From positions 232,631,741 through 232,695,740 of the forward strand of contig CM041465.1 of the NCBI GenBank assembly GCA_023213395.1: a stretch of 64,000 bases of DNA. The letters are read 5' to 3'. This DNA is from Cycas panzhihuaensis. Its lineage: Eukaryota > Plantae > Cycadophyta. Shown in pieces: positions 12,544-25,399 of this stretch. Numbering within the stretch: position 1 is the first letter of the stretch; each line of letters begins with the position of its first letter. The notes under the pieces are model-generated. The model did no database searches, was not told where the DNA came from, and saw only the letters and a program-made list of their open reading frames with translations. The position numbers and the translations under genes are program-made.

Positions 12544-14795
12544 ATAAAAACATTTAGTCTGCTTAATATTCGATAATCCATGCACCATATTCAACTTAAA
12601 AAATAGGTGGTGGCTATTCATATTCAAATGACCAAGGCATCAATGCCACAATTGTTGTTTAGGAAGTCTCTGAGAAACAAGTGCCTTTGAAGCTGATTGC
12701 TGATTAGTATTGGAGATGGAAGTAGGAGTATTAGAAGTGGAAGTCATGTTGCTACATGTGCTAGTATCATTTTGTAGAAGTATTGGTCTTGAAATTGCAT
12801 CAAGCTTATAGAAACCTTGGTCCTCATATCTAGAGGCAATCCAATTGCCATTCAAATAAGTAATCAAACATTTCCCAAGGTGGCTAAACAAGACATCAAA
12901 GTTTTGCTTGTTTATCTGGCTGACAGATAACAGTGTGTTGTCATGCTAGGGCCACAGAAAACATTATTAATGTCATGTCTAATGTCAGAATCTTTCAAAG
13001 ATATGGGAGCATTGTTGATTTTGGCAACCTTTAGAATAACATCATCACCAAATGTAACTAAGTGGTCCTGAACTGGGCTTATATCTGTAAGTTACTCTTC
13101 GTAACCTGTCATATGATGGGATTTTCTAGAATCTATCAGTTAGGATTTATTAGAATGATGCCCTGCAGACACAACAAAGAACTGGTTTTGTGAATTGGCC
13201 ATGTGGCCTTATTGATTCTGATTCTATTTGTGGTTGTGGTTTCTATTTTGTTGATTGCCTTGAGGGGCATTCTAGTTTTGCCTCTAGGTCCTTGGTAGTT
13301 GCCCTGCCCACGGTTCTGATTGCCCTAAGTTACAAGGCAGATCTGGTGCTGCTGTTGTTTTAAGTCGGCTTTCTTCTTCCTACAATTGGGTGCAATGTGA
13401 CCAGGTTTGCCACAATAGTGACAAACAATTTGATTGGGCTATTGAGGATGCTGCTGACGCTACTGATATGGATGCTTGTTTAAATTCATTGAACCAAACT
13501 ACTGATTAAGGTGTGAACGTTGTTGTTTCCTCTTATGTTGTGCAGTTAAAGCAGGAGTTGATGAGGAGGCACCTAAATCTCCAAGTCTATTCATAATGCA
13601 TTCCTCTTGAAGCAAAAGTCAATCAACAGTCTTGAAATCCAATGTGGCAAGACGATTGGAATGAGACAAATTAGATATAAGAGAATTGTATTTTGCAGAT
13701 AATACGTTCACAATACAAGATATCAAGTCACTATTTTCAGGTGGTTGTCCCAAAATGCTCAACTGATTCTTGATTGACTTGATTTGAGTGAGGTGAGTTG
13801 CAACTGATCCTGCGTATGGCATAGTGTAGAGCTGTGCTTTGAGCATTACAACTCTAGCATTGTCCTTCCTTTTGTACAATGCACAGACTATGATCAAAGC
13901 TTCAACAGAAGTGGGAGTAAGTTCAATGTCTCGATCAATATTATCTTCATGGTAAAGGCATAAAAGGAGATTGCAATTTCATCGTATCCATTGAATGCAT
14001 CAAGGGCAACTGGCTCAGGTGGTATGGTAATGGTAGGATCATTAGGATCTTTAGTAGGTTCAGTTTTAGGAGTGGCACTGGAAACATAAGTTTAAAGTTT
14101 GTTTATTATTAGTATGTTCTTGAGTTGTGTATTCCAAGCTAAGAAATTATCACTGCCTGATAATTTAATAAGGTGGCAACCATTTGAAGTGCCATTATGT
14201 CTCAAATAAATGTCCTATCTACCTAAAAGGTTTGCTATTTTAGTATCTAAAGTTTTAGTATCTCCTTGCTTAATAGCCCTTTATAGTTGAGATGGTTCAG
14301 TCTAATGGCATACCTACTCATAAGAGGCAGCTTGGGGACCTTTTATACTTGAAGGTACGTGGGCACTACTTAAGGTTTTGTCGCCCCCTTGATACTGTTG
14401 ATCTATTTGCATTGAATATACGGTTTGAACGACAGATCATTGTCTAAGGGCACACTTCCAACCAAGGTACTCACCCTCTCTCGTTCTAGCTTGGTCTCCA
14501 AACTCCAAGGTTTATCGGGTAATCATCTCAGTTCGCCACTCAATACACCTTATAGCTATTGGTTCCTCCTATAGTCCGTAGAGTTCGAGGAAGCACAATA
14601 ACGTGTGCGAGAGTGGTACCTTCAGAGGTCCTAACCATTCCCCTTGTAGGACTAGTATCAAAGGTTTGTTCAATTAGGTGTTAGTCTTTTTAATCTTTTA
14701 AGTTTTTTTAAAGATTTTGTGATTTAAATTTAATATTTTTGTGTATATATAAAAAATATATATATTAGAACTTAAAAAGCCTTTAAAAAAATTGA

Positions 14796-15050
14796 GAAAA
14801 CTGATTAAAATAGATTGAAAAGGGTTAAAAAAGGCTTAAAAGATAATTTAAAAAATAAAAATATTAAAAATATTATAAAAAAGAAAACTGATTAAAATAG
14901 ATGAGAAAGGGTTTAAAAAGGCTTAAAAGATAATTAAAAAAATAAAAAAATAAAAAACATTTATAAAAAAGAAAATTGATTAAAATAGATTAAAAAGGGT
15001 TAAAAAAGGGCTAAAAGATAATTTAAAAAATAAAAAACATTATTAAAAAG
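14796..15050. repeat. AT-rich ~87-bp tandem repeat, 3 copies, in the leader of D
   Basis: GAAAA(C/T)TGATTAAAATAGAT..AAAGGGTT.AAAA..GCT.AAAGATAATT starts at 14796, 14883 and 14971. Confidence 0.85.
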
Positions 15051-15726
15051 GCACCTATTGGAATAGGAATATTCTTAGAATATTCTATATTTCATAAACT
15101 AAAGATTTTAAAACTATGGAAAATTAAAAAAATCAAGCGAACGGGCAATGAACAAGGGCGATAAAATTTAGAATATGAATGGAGTTTTCTTCTGAATGAA
15201 GCTATGAAACCATAATCTGGCATTGTAACTCAAGCCTGAACATAGAGAGGATCCCTACGAGCATTCATATTGCCATGTTTCGTCAGTCACACAATGATTG
15301 GCAATCAAGTGAAGCTTGCGAAGATCACACAGTTTCACACCATAAAATTTATCAATAAATCTTCCAAAAAATGGTCGATACCTGACCTGTAACATGCCAA
15401 TAATCTCAGATGATGCAACTTGTTATTGAGATATATATACAAGGATTCACACATCTATTGTGCAACATCTATGGCTAGAACTCGGACAAATGATACTGTT
15501 GGAAAATGTGGCTTTGATGCTTTTGCTCCAAAGTTTTTGACGTGCAAATGTTGTTAGTGATTTAACAAATCTTCCACTAGGATGTGAATTTATTTGTTTG
15601 TGATCAGGAAAAGTTGGTTAAATTTGGAGTTGAAGGCTCAAACCCCATCACTCTCAAATTGCAAAATGTTGAAGATGCTTAGATTTCGTCACCCCCAGAG
15701 CCTGGTCCAGACGATGCAGAGAAAGA

Positions 15727-16497
15727 ATGGCTTTGGCTACGCTTGCGATTTTAAGGCTAGAAAGGTCCTCCTGATCCATCTCAGTTGTTGGTGAGTTACG
15801 TTAGGCTGCATCTCTAGGTCCCAAAAATACTCTGTCTTCTTGTCCTGCATCACTTTTGATGTAGAAATGGGCATGGCAAGCAATAGCTTTCTATTCGAAT
15901 CCTACTAGAAGTGAAGTGGTAGGTGTCGACTTGGGAATCACAAACTCGTGTGGTGTAGTCATGCAGGGCAAGAGCCCAAAAGTGATTAATAATTTAGAAG
16001 GGGCTTAGACAACACCATCTATGGTAGCCATGAATCAAGAGAGAGAGATACTCTCAGGCACTCCTGCCTAACGACAAACTATGACAAATCCTACCAAAAT
16101 AATGTTTGGAAGCAAGCGGTTGATAGGAAGGCGATTTGATGACTTGCATACATAAAAAAAAAGTGAAGATTGTTCCATATAAAATTGTTAAAGGCCAATA
16201 ATGATGATGCATAGTTGAAGTAAATGGGAAGCAATACTCTCCTAGCTAGATTGGTGCATTTGTCTTGACAAAGATGAAGGAAATTGTAAAGGCTTACTTT
16301 GGAAGGTCTATCTCAAATGCAGTAGCCACAGTCCCATCCTATTTTAATGATTATCAACATCAAGTAACCAAAGATTTTGGTAAAATTGCAAGGTTGGAGG
16401 TTAGAAGAATCATCAATGAACCAACTGCAATTGCCCTTTCTTATGGCATGAATAGTAAGGAGGGCTTGGTTGCTGTATTTGATCTTGGTGGGGGCAT
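15727..16497 (+). pseudogene. mtHSP70: Intronless, 3'-truncated pseudogene of mitochondrial Hsp70 (presequence plus N-terminal ATPase domain)
   Basis: In frame from ATG 15727: MALATLAILRL...[61 protein letters not shown]. After frameshifts it reads [55 protein letters not shown]. Multiple stops. Confidence 0.93.
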
Positions 16498-16532
16498 TGT
16501 AGATGGTTTTCTGGTTTTATAACAAAACCTAG

Positions 16533-16968
16533 ATTTGATACCAAGTGAAGGAAGAGGCTTTAGAGCCACCTTCCACCCAAGATCAGCAACTTCAAAAAGC
16601 ACAATAATAACACAATGAAAATGGAGGAGGTGGGATTCGTACAACCTCCAAAATCAATATCTCTATATCATTCATCCTTCTTTATTACATAAGGTGTTGT
16701 CTCATATGTACAAAATTTATAGTTACAAAGAGGCAAGAAACTATGAGAAGAGTTGATCATGCAAGGTGACTAGTGGCACCTTGTATGATCAACATTACAT
16801 ATACGTTATAAATTACAATGTAGTGTGGGCATTTAGAACCCCATGAGCATTAAGCTCACTACTTAAAGTTATGACTAATCATTAATTTGACTAAAATGCA
16901 TTTAGAATACACTTTATTACATTAAGTTCATAAAGTGACTAACACAACTTGCTAACATAACAAAACAT
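16533..16968 (-). mobile_element. Probable LTR (from 16546) with degenerate tRNA-iMet PBS (16533-16543)
   Basis: The minus strand reads ...CTTCA ct TGGTATCAAAT, and the adjacent sequence is LTR-like in composition. The far boundary is uncertain. Confidence 0.5.
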
Positions 16969-19599
16969 TTACAATTGTACAATGCAATAACAAAGGTTGA
17001 ATGATGAATTAATGAATACATCATTAATTCTTCTATCCGAGACTACTTCGATATTTGTTTTAGTCATGATTCCATAGCATGTCATAGGATAACCCATCAA
17101 TTTGCTTATGGGAGCAACAAGATTTTGATCAACGATTTTTACAGTGATAGGAGATTGCACCAATCTAGGTCATCCAAGATGCTTCCATGTTTCTTCTATG
17201 ATCAATTTTACTTGAGAACCAAAGTCAACAATTGCATCTTGGAATGTATTGCCATCAATTTGAACATGCACCAAAGGTTCCAAGTCCTCACTGTCTTTAG
17301 CTTGTTGTCGAGACTTTTGTCAAACTTATTTGATCTCCACCACTAGCTTACTTTCATCGACTATTTGCAAGATTTGGGCAATTATTGAACATATCAATGT
17401 GAGCACTCTATGTGCTTTGTCTTCCTCGTTAATCTCCTCGCATAGTTTGCTTAAAATTGGAAGAAAGAAATCCTTCTCTTTTTGTGGGATTGGTGGTTGT
17501 GAATTCAACTCATTTTGAGTTTTAAGAAATATGTTCTTTTGTTAGAGTGGATTTGGATATGTTCTCTTTTGCGCTCCTTTCTTATTCTGTATCATTTTTG
17601 GTTGTCTATTATGACAATGCTTTGCTCCTTCTTTCGTTCCTTGATGTATAGCCCTTTTTGATTCTTTTTGTTCGTGTGGCATTAAGGTTTTGAGTTTACA
17701 AGGTGGTGATGTTGATCTTCTAATGGCTATTAAATGATTCACAACATTGTCTTTTTTCCCTTTTAGCTTTTAGTGCATCATTTGATAATCCATCGTCTCG
17801 TTATCTATGGGGCCACAAAGAATACAAATTGTTGCTCTAGATTGATGAGGGCTATTACTATGTAAATGTCCCCATTGCCGACATTTGTGGCATTTCAACC
17901 ATCTTAACGCTTATGGGTTTTCATTTGATTGACCCTTTGATTTGCATCCTTTCTTTGCTCACATGTTGAAGTCACATTCACTAGTATTGTGTGCCTTTGT
18001 TTTACAAATATGGAAATACTCTGATGATCACTTGGCATAATCAATGTTCGCCATATTTAGTTGACATTGTTTGATCGAGTGTTCTATTGTCTCATGGATA
18101 TGATAGTAAGAGACTTTTTCTATCTCTAGTGGGTTAATATGAAGTATCATATCTTCGTACATTTTATGAGATTGAATTGACTAATGATGCGTGTTTTACC
18201 ATTCATTAACCTACTATGGTCTTCATTGACAGTTGGTCTTGAGGGGCATTCTTCATGGAAATGTCGTTGTCCTCGACATTTTGTGCACTAAACATTTTAT
18301 CTTTTAATTTGATCACCTGGGAGATTCATTCGTTGTAGTGTTTGGACCAGTTGTTCAATGATTTGTAGAGAATTTAAGAGATTTATGGATGTTTCCATGT
18401 CATCTTCTAGTTTAAAGACAACTTCTATGGCTTCTTCAAAGGTGACAAGTTTCCTTTGTTTTATTGCAATGCTTGCTTTTGCTGAGAGGCCATTGAAGAA
18501 ATAATCATTTTGTTGCTTTACATCCATGTTTTAGGTAGATTATGCAAATACTTCCATACATCTCAAGGTAAAGTCTTGAAATGTCTCTCCTAGGTGTATT
18601 TTAAGATTATGTAGTTTATTGAAACATTGATTGTCTTTGATTTTGTTGTGCAAAGACTTTCAAAAAGTGTGTTTTACAAGAGTTCCAATCTTGGATCAAA
18701 CTTTGAGTCTTTTCTAATTGATGCCATGTCTGTGCTCTCCAGCACAAGGTGGTCACGATTTCATTCCATCTTGTTTGATCATTAATTTGCCCTTGACATG
18801 TCCATATTGACTCACATATAAACATGTGTTGGTTCACATCTATTACTCCATTGTATTTTGGAAGGGTGTTTTGACCACATACTAGAGTACAGGGGTTAGA
18901 TCAACCATTGTATCTAGGACTTGTTTTGTTTGGCTTATTATAGGGGGAGAGGCTTTCTTTCCGTAGATAGTTTCTTCGACTGATACTGACTCAATCGTCT
19001 TTTCAAGTTCTTCCAATGCTTCTTCAATTAAGTGTGCTTCCCTATTTCCTATTTGTTGAGGGTGGTAGCAAGTAATGAGTTGCAACACTGTCAACTTTTT
19101 GTTTGCTTTTCAATTGCTTTTTCCTTCTGATTTTCTTTGATTAAACTCTAGGTGTTCTATTCTCCAACAATTGTATCTCATTGTCCTTGAGTCTTCAAGC
19201 ATTGTCTCTGTTCCACTGTTCCACCTCCCCGATTCTATTATCTTAGTCTTCAATTGCCATTTTTAAATTGTTGTTGTCTCTTTCAAACAAATGTCAAATT
19301 CATCAGTAATGGAACCAAATGTTGGATACTAATTCATTCACAATACCATTCATCATTGCATCATAAAATTACAAGATAAAGAGAAGCACCCAACCAAGCA
19401 TTACACTTAAATTTCATTCACCAATTTCCTTTTATTAATTTTGACCCTACCTTGCCATTGTAATTGCTCTCACAAATTACATTGGAGAAGATATGCAATG
19501 CTTACAACCATTGAAACTACACAAGTGTAGATATAAATATATAAGGATTTGTACCAAAATATGACTTTGCAATAATTTATAATAACATTCCATCGAACA
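16969..19599 (-). mobile_element. Truncated non-chromoviral gypsy G (LTR ~19320-19599, PBS, gag, protease)
   Basis: PBS TGGTTCCATTACT at 19305-19317; gag pieces 18297-19094 (WNSCKTHFLKVF, DYFFNGLS); CCHC knuckles 17800-18120; protease piece 16969-17230. Confidence 0.75.
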
Positions 19600-19888
19600 A
19601 TTGCCAAAACAATTATGAAACTAGTTTTATAACAACTTGAAAACATTTGTTGTAGGTTTGCAAAGTCTCAGTGGACTATCCACCTTATTAGTTTATTGCC
19701 AAGGCGAAAGGTCGATATTGACAAAGTTGACATAAGCAAATGAACATCGAAATCGACGTAGTTGGCATAAGTGAATATCGTCTGCATAGTTGCTAAGACT
19801 AGGAAAACAAACATGGTAAAACTTTGACAAAACATCAAAATCTCGACATTGACATTGACCAGCGTAGATGTATGTATATATACACCTC

Positions 19889-19932
19889 TGTGTGTGTGTG
19901 TGTGTCTCTCTCTGTACACACACACACACACA
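19889..19932. repeat. Compound microsatellite (TG)n-(TC)n-(CA)n
   Basis: Read directly from the sequence. Confidence 0.9.
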
Positions 19933-20448
19933 TGTAAAAAAAGAAATTCTTAAATGTTTCATATGAGGTTTTTGCCACATGAACCTAAATGACAACAATT
20001 TACAACTTTCACTCGTCATGTTTGTTGCGTGGGGTTATGATACACTTGTGTGACTTGATTTCTCTAGAGCCCATGCTAATTGTTTACCCTCTCGATAAGA
20101 AGAAATCTCTACATGGTTTTTGTGGAGGGTTGCCTCTAGTTGCACTATTGAATATATCACCTACTTGATCTTGTTTGCTCTTGTGTTTTATCTAGTAGAT
20201 CGATGTGGGTTGTAAGAATCTACCCAAAGCTCCACTAGTGCCAATGCTATGCTACTTTTTATTTTATTTCTTTTTTCTACTATTCTCTTGATTTATATGT
20301 ATATGCTCTTTTTCCGTATTCTTTTTGTTTGGCATTATGGTTGGGAGGATGAACACATTGATGTTGAGAAAACTTGCTTCTTAATAACCAAAAAATAAGA
20401 CCAACCACCAAGGTCTATCTATTTTGCAACAAGAATGAAATTCGAAAC

Positions 20449-20681
20449 TGTAACTAAATACTAGTACAAAAATCAAAGATCATTCAACATACATACAGAA
20501 GCATATACATTACCAAGTACACCAGATATAACGTGGTAAAACTCTAGCAGATTGTTAGGGAAACGTCCACATAGGAAAGGTATTGATCTTTATTAATCAA
20601 GAATGAAGATCTATACATAAGCCGCCATAGAGTTCGCAACAACAACCAATAGTCGCTCACAATACAATACAATGGGATACA
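20449..20681. mobile_element. LTR-like sequence that received B1 (left half; right half at 46259-46348)
   Basis: When the halves are joined the termini are TGTAA (20449) and TTACA (46348), with an ACGTGGTAAAACTC motif of the kind seen in LTRs. No matching TSD found. Confidence 0.4.
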
Positions 20682-21583
20682 TGTTGACTCAGTTTCTCAC
20701 TACACTTGTGAGATAGTGCACTTGTCAGGGGATCACTTGGTAGTCTAGCTTAGGATACAATCAACATACTTTATACACTAAAGTTATCACAAATTCACTT
20801 AGAATTCCACATAATGTCATCACAGATTACACACAATAGTATAATAATCACAAGTATCCATCATACAAGCATCATAGTACACATAGAACATAGATTTCCA
20901 TGTAACTCTTCTCTTTATTAAGCAATAGGTCTCATACAGTTAGTTCTGGAATGTATCCCTTATAGATTCCAGCCATACACATAGAATTTTGTTACATACA
21001 TTCCAAAAGGGAATGCATCATGAAATGCATCTGCTATAAATTCGATCTGTATCATTGATTTTGCTTGCTAGCTACCATACCACCATGTGGAATGAATGCT
21101 TGGCTGTCACCCTTGAGAGAATGACATATGATTGAATCACTCGACTCTCACCGTTGGAATGGTCTTTGATGGCTTCTTTAAATGTGCCATTTTGATACCT
21201 TTTGATGAAGGGTTATGACTCCCTGTTAGAACTGTACCTTTTTAATCACCATGTGTTTTTTCACTTAACACTTGATTAGTTTGTCCTTAACTGGTGCCTT
21301 TTCATTCGTACGTACATCCTTCAGGGTTGGAGTCATCATCCTTTGGTGTCCTTTGGGTCAGGTCTGGTCGTGCGTACCCTACTGTCCGTTAGCTTACCAT
21401 AAACGATACACACACTGTTGCGTACCGTTATGGTACGCACCTATTACACATAGCTAGAATGCTTGTTTTTTCATCATTTCCCACCATGCATACCTCTGTA
21501 CGGTCCGTACCTGCATTCAAATGGTCAATACAGCCCTACATCCATTTTCCTCATAGTCTATTGCGCCAAAATATATCCTAACA
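20682..21583 (-). mobile_element. 3' LTR of B1
   Basis: TGTTGAC...CCTAACA; direct repeat of 29393-30173 plus 46121-46253. Confidence 0.93.
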
Positions 21584-21681
21584 TCTATCCCGGGTCAACA
21601 AGATTGGGTTGAGCATCCTTGCTCATTAAAATTTCAAAAAATTTTGGGGTATCCTTCCCCCTCTCTATTTTAAGGTTGCTC

Positions 21682-22660
21682 CTATTGCCTCTGTTCTGCT
21701 GCTGGGTTTCGTACAGCTAGAATTTTCTCATTGATTTGAGTGAGGGTTGTTATTAAGGCATCTTTCTCTTTGATCTTCTTTTGAAGGGCAACTATTTCTA
21801 TTTTATATCCTTCTTCCATTTCCTTGATTAGTTGGATTATTTGATGAGATTTTTCCTTTGTTTGGGTTGGTGGTGCTGATGTTTCCCCTGTGTCCATTAT
21901 TGGAGGAAATTTTGCCCATTCTTTGAGGGAAGGCTCCATTTCTTCCTCCTCCTCGGGTTCTCCCTCAACCTTTTTTCTCTTACCACTCTTCCAGATTGCC
22001 TGCTTGGCGTGGTGTGGAATAGGTGTCCCTGCAGTTTGTTGTAACCAGTTCAGGACTTTTGTCATCTCTATTTGTATCTTTCTTTTAATTTCTATGTCTT
22101 GAGCGCTTTATGGAAATTCATTCACCTATTGTTTTATAAGAGGTTCATTTGAGTGAATGATTGATTGCGGGAGTAGTATACTTGGACATTGGTAGAATAA
22201 AACAACCAATAACAAGGAGGAACAATGGAATGGATGTGTTATTACTTCCTGTATCTACTGTGTCATGTTCATTGCCAGAAATTCAAACCAGTTGAGTTGT
22301 TCCCCATCTCGGATTTTTGGTAGTATTGGCATTATTCCCCCTGGAATGTATGTATATTTCCTCTCAGAGAGGATTCTTGTATTTATGACTTTAGCTATCC
22401 ATTGTAACTTGATATCATTTATACCTGCTACATGAATACCCCCTCATGTTAATTGGGTATTTTCCTAGAAAAATTCTTTCAACCATGTTTCGCGGTCCAC
22501 CTTTGATCTTTTGGTGGTTGTTGGGACTTGTCCGTCCTTTGGAAGCCCTGTCAGTAGGTGAATTATATCTGCGTCTAATTTTACTTTCTTCAAATCCTTT
22601 TTTAACTCCAATAGAATGTTTTCCATTAGTTCCTGATCCCAATAAAGAGGGTTGCTATAT
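21682..22660 (-). pseudogene. Extra ORF downstream of integrase in B1 (PMD/Transposase_28-like N-terminal part, acidic linker, C-terminal coiled coil)
   Basis: SNPLYWDQELM..KLDADIIHLLTGLPKDG..LQWIAKVI..LNWFEFLAMNM..EEEEEM..IEIVALQKKIKEKDALITTLTQINEKIL; homologous to 42278-43312. Confidence 0.7.
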
Positions 22661-25180
22661 ACCTTTTTTCTTCTAGTCTCACTAATTCTTCCAACCTTTG
22701 TCGTAAGGAATGGAAGTCGTCCAATCGACATTGCATAGTAGTTCTTAGGCTTGGAATCTCAAATTCGGTCGGAAGGATGGCCTCGGTTCCATAAACCAAT
22801 TGAAGTGGTGTTTGTCCCGTCGAAATTTTATATGTCATTCTGAAGGCCCATAGGTATTGTGGTAGTTTCTCGGTTCAATCTAACCTTCTTACATCATAAT
22901 TCTTTCGCAGACAATTTTCAATGATCTTATTTGAGCTTTCCGCTTATCCGTTGGCCCTTGGGTAATACAACGTGGATTTTCGATGGCTAATCATTGAGGT
23001 TGATGTTAGTATCTCTGTAGTTTGATTGAGAAAATGGACCCCTTGATCATTCATGATTTCTAATGGGCATCCAAATCGTGTAATGATCACCTCGTACAAA
23101 AATCGTGGTGTGCTTTTTGACTCCGCTTTTCTTGACGCTCGACCCACCATCTATTTGGTCATGTAGTCGGTTGCTACTAGAATAAATCGGGCTTGGGATC
23201 GTCGGGCAACCGGTTTGATTGGTCTGATGAAATCGAGTCCCCATTTTTTAAATGGTGCCAAAGGTAGGATTGGGTGGAGGGCTTGGAAATCCTGCCGATT
23301 AGGTTCCCAAACCTTTGACAATAATTGCATGCCTGAATCCATTTTCTTACATCTTCAAACATTGATGGTCACCAGAATCCAGACATTAAAATCTTTCTTC
23401 AAGTTGCCAATTTTCCCACATGTCCTCTTGTTACACTTTCATGTGCTTGGGCCATAATTTGATTAACTTTGTGTGGCCTTATGCATCGTCGCAGTACTTT
23501 ATTTGGTCCAAGTTTGTATAACTCTCCATTAACCAACTGGTATGTTTTCGCCTTTCACATCAAATTCGACTGTTCCGTTCGATCTAATTCTGGTGACAAT
23601 TCCACTGCCGCTAAGTATTTTGGTATTTTGTCATACCAATCTGTCGGTACTGCCTCTACGTTGAATAATGTTGCGTTGTGGAAGTCATCCGGTACCCCTA
23701 TAGCTCTTTCTCCGTTCGCAATTCTTGATAATTGATCTGGTATTATGTGGGCTTTCCCTGGTTTCACAATAATTTTAAACGAGAATTCTTTATAACATCA
23801 GCCACTTGCTAATCCATCCCCTCATTATAGATTTGTTCACTAAGTCCATTAGTGCTTGGTGGTCGACGAAGAATAAGAATGTATTTGACAATAGGTGATG
23901 TCGAAATTTCTATAATGCATACACCATAACAAGTGCCTCTCTCAGTCGTGGTGTAATTTTGTTCTACCTTTGTGAATTTCCGACTCACAAAGTATATCAG
24001 ATGGTCCATTTTATTGTCGTTTGGTTGTGCTAGTACACATTCGATGGCATACTACGAGGCGTCGGCGTGTACATGGAAAATTTTCTTCCAATCCCAGAAT
24101 CTTAATATAGGTGTTGATATTATGGCCTTTTTTAGTGCCTCAAATGCCTGTTGTTGCTCTCTACTCCATTCCTATTCAACATCTTTTTTCAATATTTCTT
24201 CGAGGGGTCCTGATATGCATGCATACCCCCTAATGAATTTTCTATAATAACTGGTTAATCCTAAGAATCCTTTCAATTGTTTTCTCGTGAACGGCACCGA
24301 GAAATGCAGGATTGTAGATACCTTGGCTAGGTTTGTTAATAATCCTTCTTTGCTCACGACATATCCCAACAAATTTCCAAATGGTACCAGAAAGGTACGT
24401 TTCTCTGGATTTAAACACAACTTATTTTATGACATGCTTGTAGCATTTCTTTAAGATTATTCATATGGTTTTTCATGAACCCATACAACGTCCAATCGTC
24501 CAATAAAATTGCCACTTTTTCACCAATCATCTTGTGAAATATGTTAATCACTATTCTTTGAAATGTAGCTAAGGCATTTGTAAGACCAAAGGGCATCACC
24601 CTCTATGCATTTGTTCCCCGTTATGTTACAAACGTTGTTTTCGCCCGATCCTCCGGAGCGATTTGGACTTGGTTATATCCACTAAACCCATCTATGAAGG
24701 AATATATTTCATTTCCACCCACGGCCTCCAAAATATCCTCCGCACAAGGTAATGGAAAGGGATCCTTCTTAGTTACTTTATTCAGTTGTCTGTAGTCCAC
24801 ACAGACATATTTTTCTATTATTTTTGGCAACCACTACTACAGGGCTCACTTAGTCGCTGTAGTCAATTTCATAAATGTACTTAGCTTCCAACATCATATC
24901 TAGCTCCGGTTTTACCTTTTCTTTGTATTTGGGATTCATGTGGTATGGTCTCTGCCTTACTGGCTTTTCTCCTTTGACTAGGTTGATATGGTGACTTCCA
25001 TTCTTCGGGGGAATGCCCTTAAGGTATTTATACGATAGTGCGAACACGTCACGAAACTCCTCAAATAATTGTTGAGCTTGACCTATCGTTTGGTCATCCC
25101 AATAATCTCCAATCTGAATGGTTTTGGTTCCTCCTTACTTCTAATATTAATTTCAGTTGTTTTTAATTTTGACATTTCAA
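22660..25180 (-). pseudogene. pol: RT-RNase H-integrase of B1
   Basis: CVDYRQLNKVTKKDPFPLP, MPFGLTNALATFQR, LLDDW, NYTTTER, KWGLDFIRPI, NDQGVHF, YYPRANG, TPLQLVYGTEAILPTEF. Confidence 0.93.
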
Positions 25181-25399
25181 TTATTTGCCGTGATATGGGC
25201 TGGGGTATCTTCTATTTTTCTTTCACCATAATTGATCTTAGTGAATTTCGTTGGATAGTTAGGGTTTTCTTCTTTTCCTTCATCCTCTGATTCTTCTTCC
25301 TCCTCCTTTTGTACTAATGACATGGCTTTTTGCTCTAGGTTTGTACTTAATTTTTTAATGACATTGAGTATTCTATCAATGTTTTTATCTTCTAATGAA

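Larger units (their letters stand above)
10764..15400 (-). mobile_element. Ty1/copia element D, decayed (gag-PR-INT-RT); RT cut by the A1 insertion; 5' boundary uncertain
   Basis: UBN2-type gag 13619-14190; knuckle CHYCGKPGHIAPNC at ~13380-13425; protease LIDSRKSHHMTG at ~13110; integrase LVHSNNCGPM..YFITFIDNYSRKIW..DNGGEYTS at 11853-12098; [29 protein letters not shown] at 10770-10940. Confidence 0.9.

Noticed and set aside
15916-16497. Bacterial dnaK by horizontal transfer or organellar DNA insertion
   Set aside because: The in-frame presequence and plant mtHsp70-like residues ([17 protein letters not shown]) point to the nuclear-encoded mitochondrial paralogue.
21682-22660. Retroviral envelope gene
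   Set aside because: No signal peptide or convincing transmembrane helix; the motifs are PMD-like and coiled-coil.
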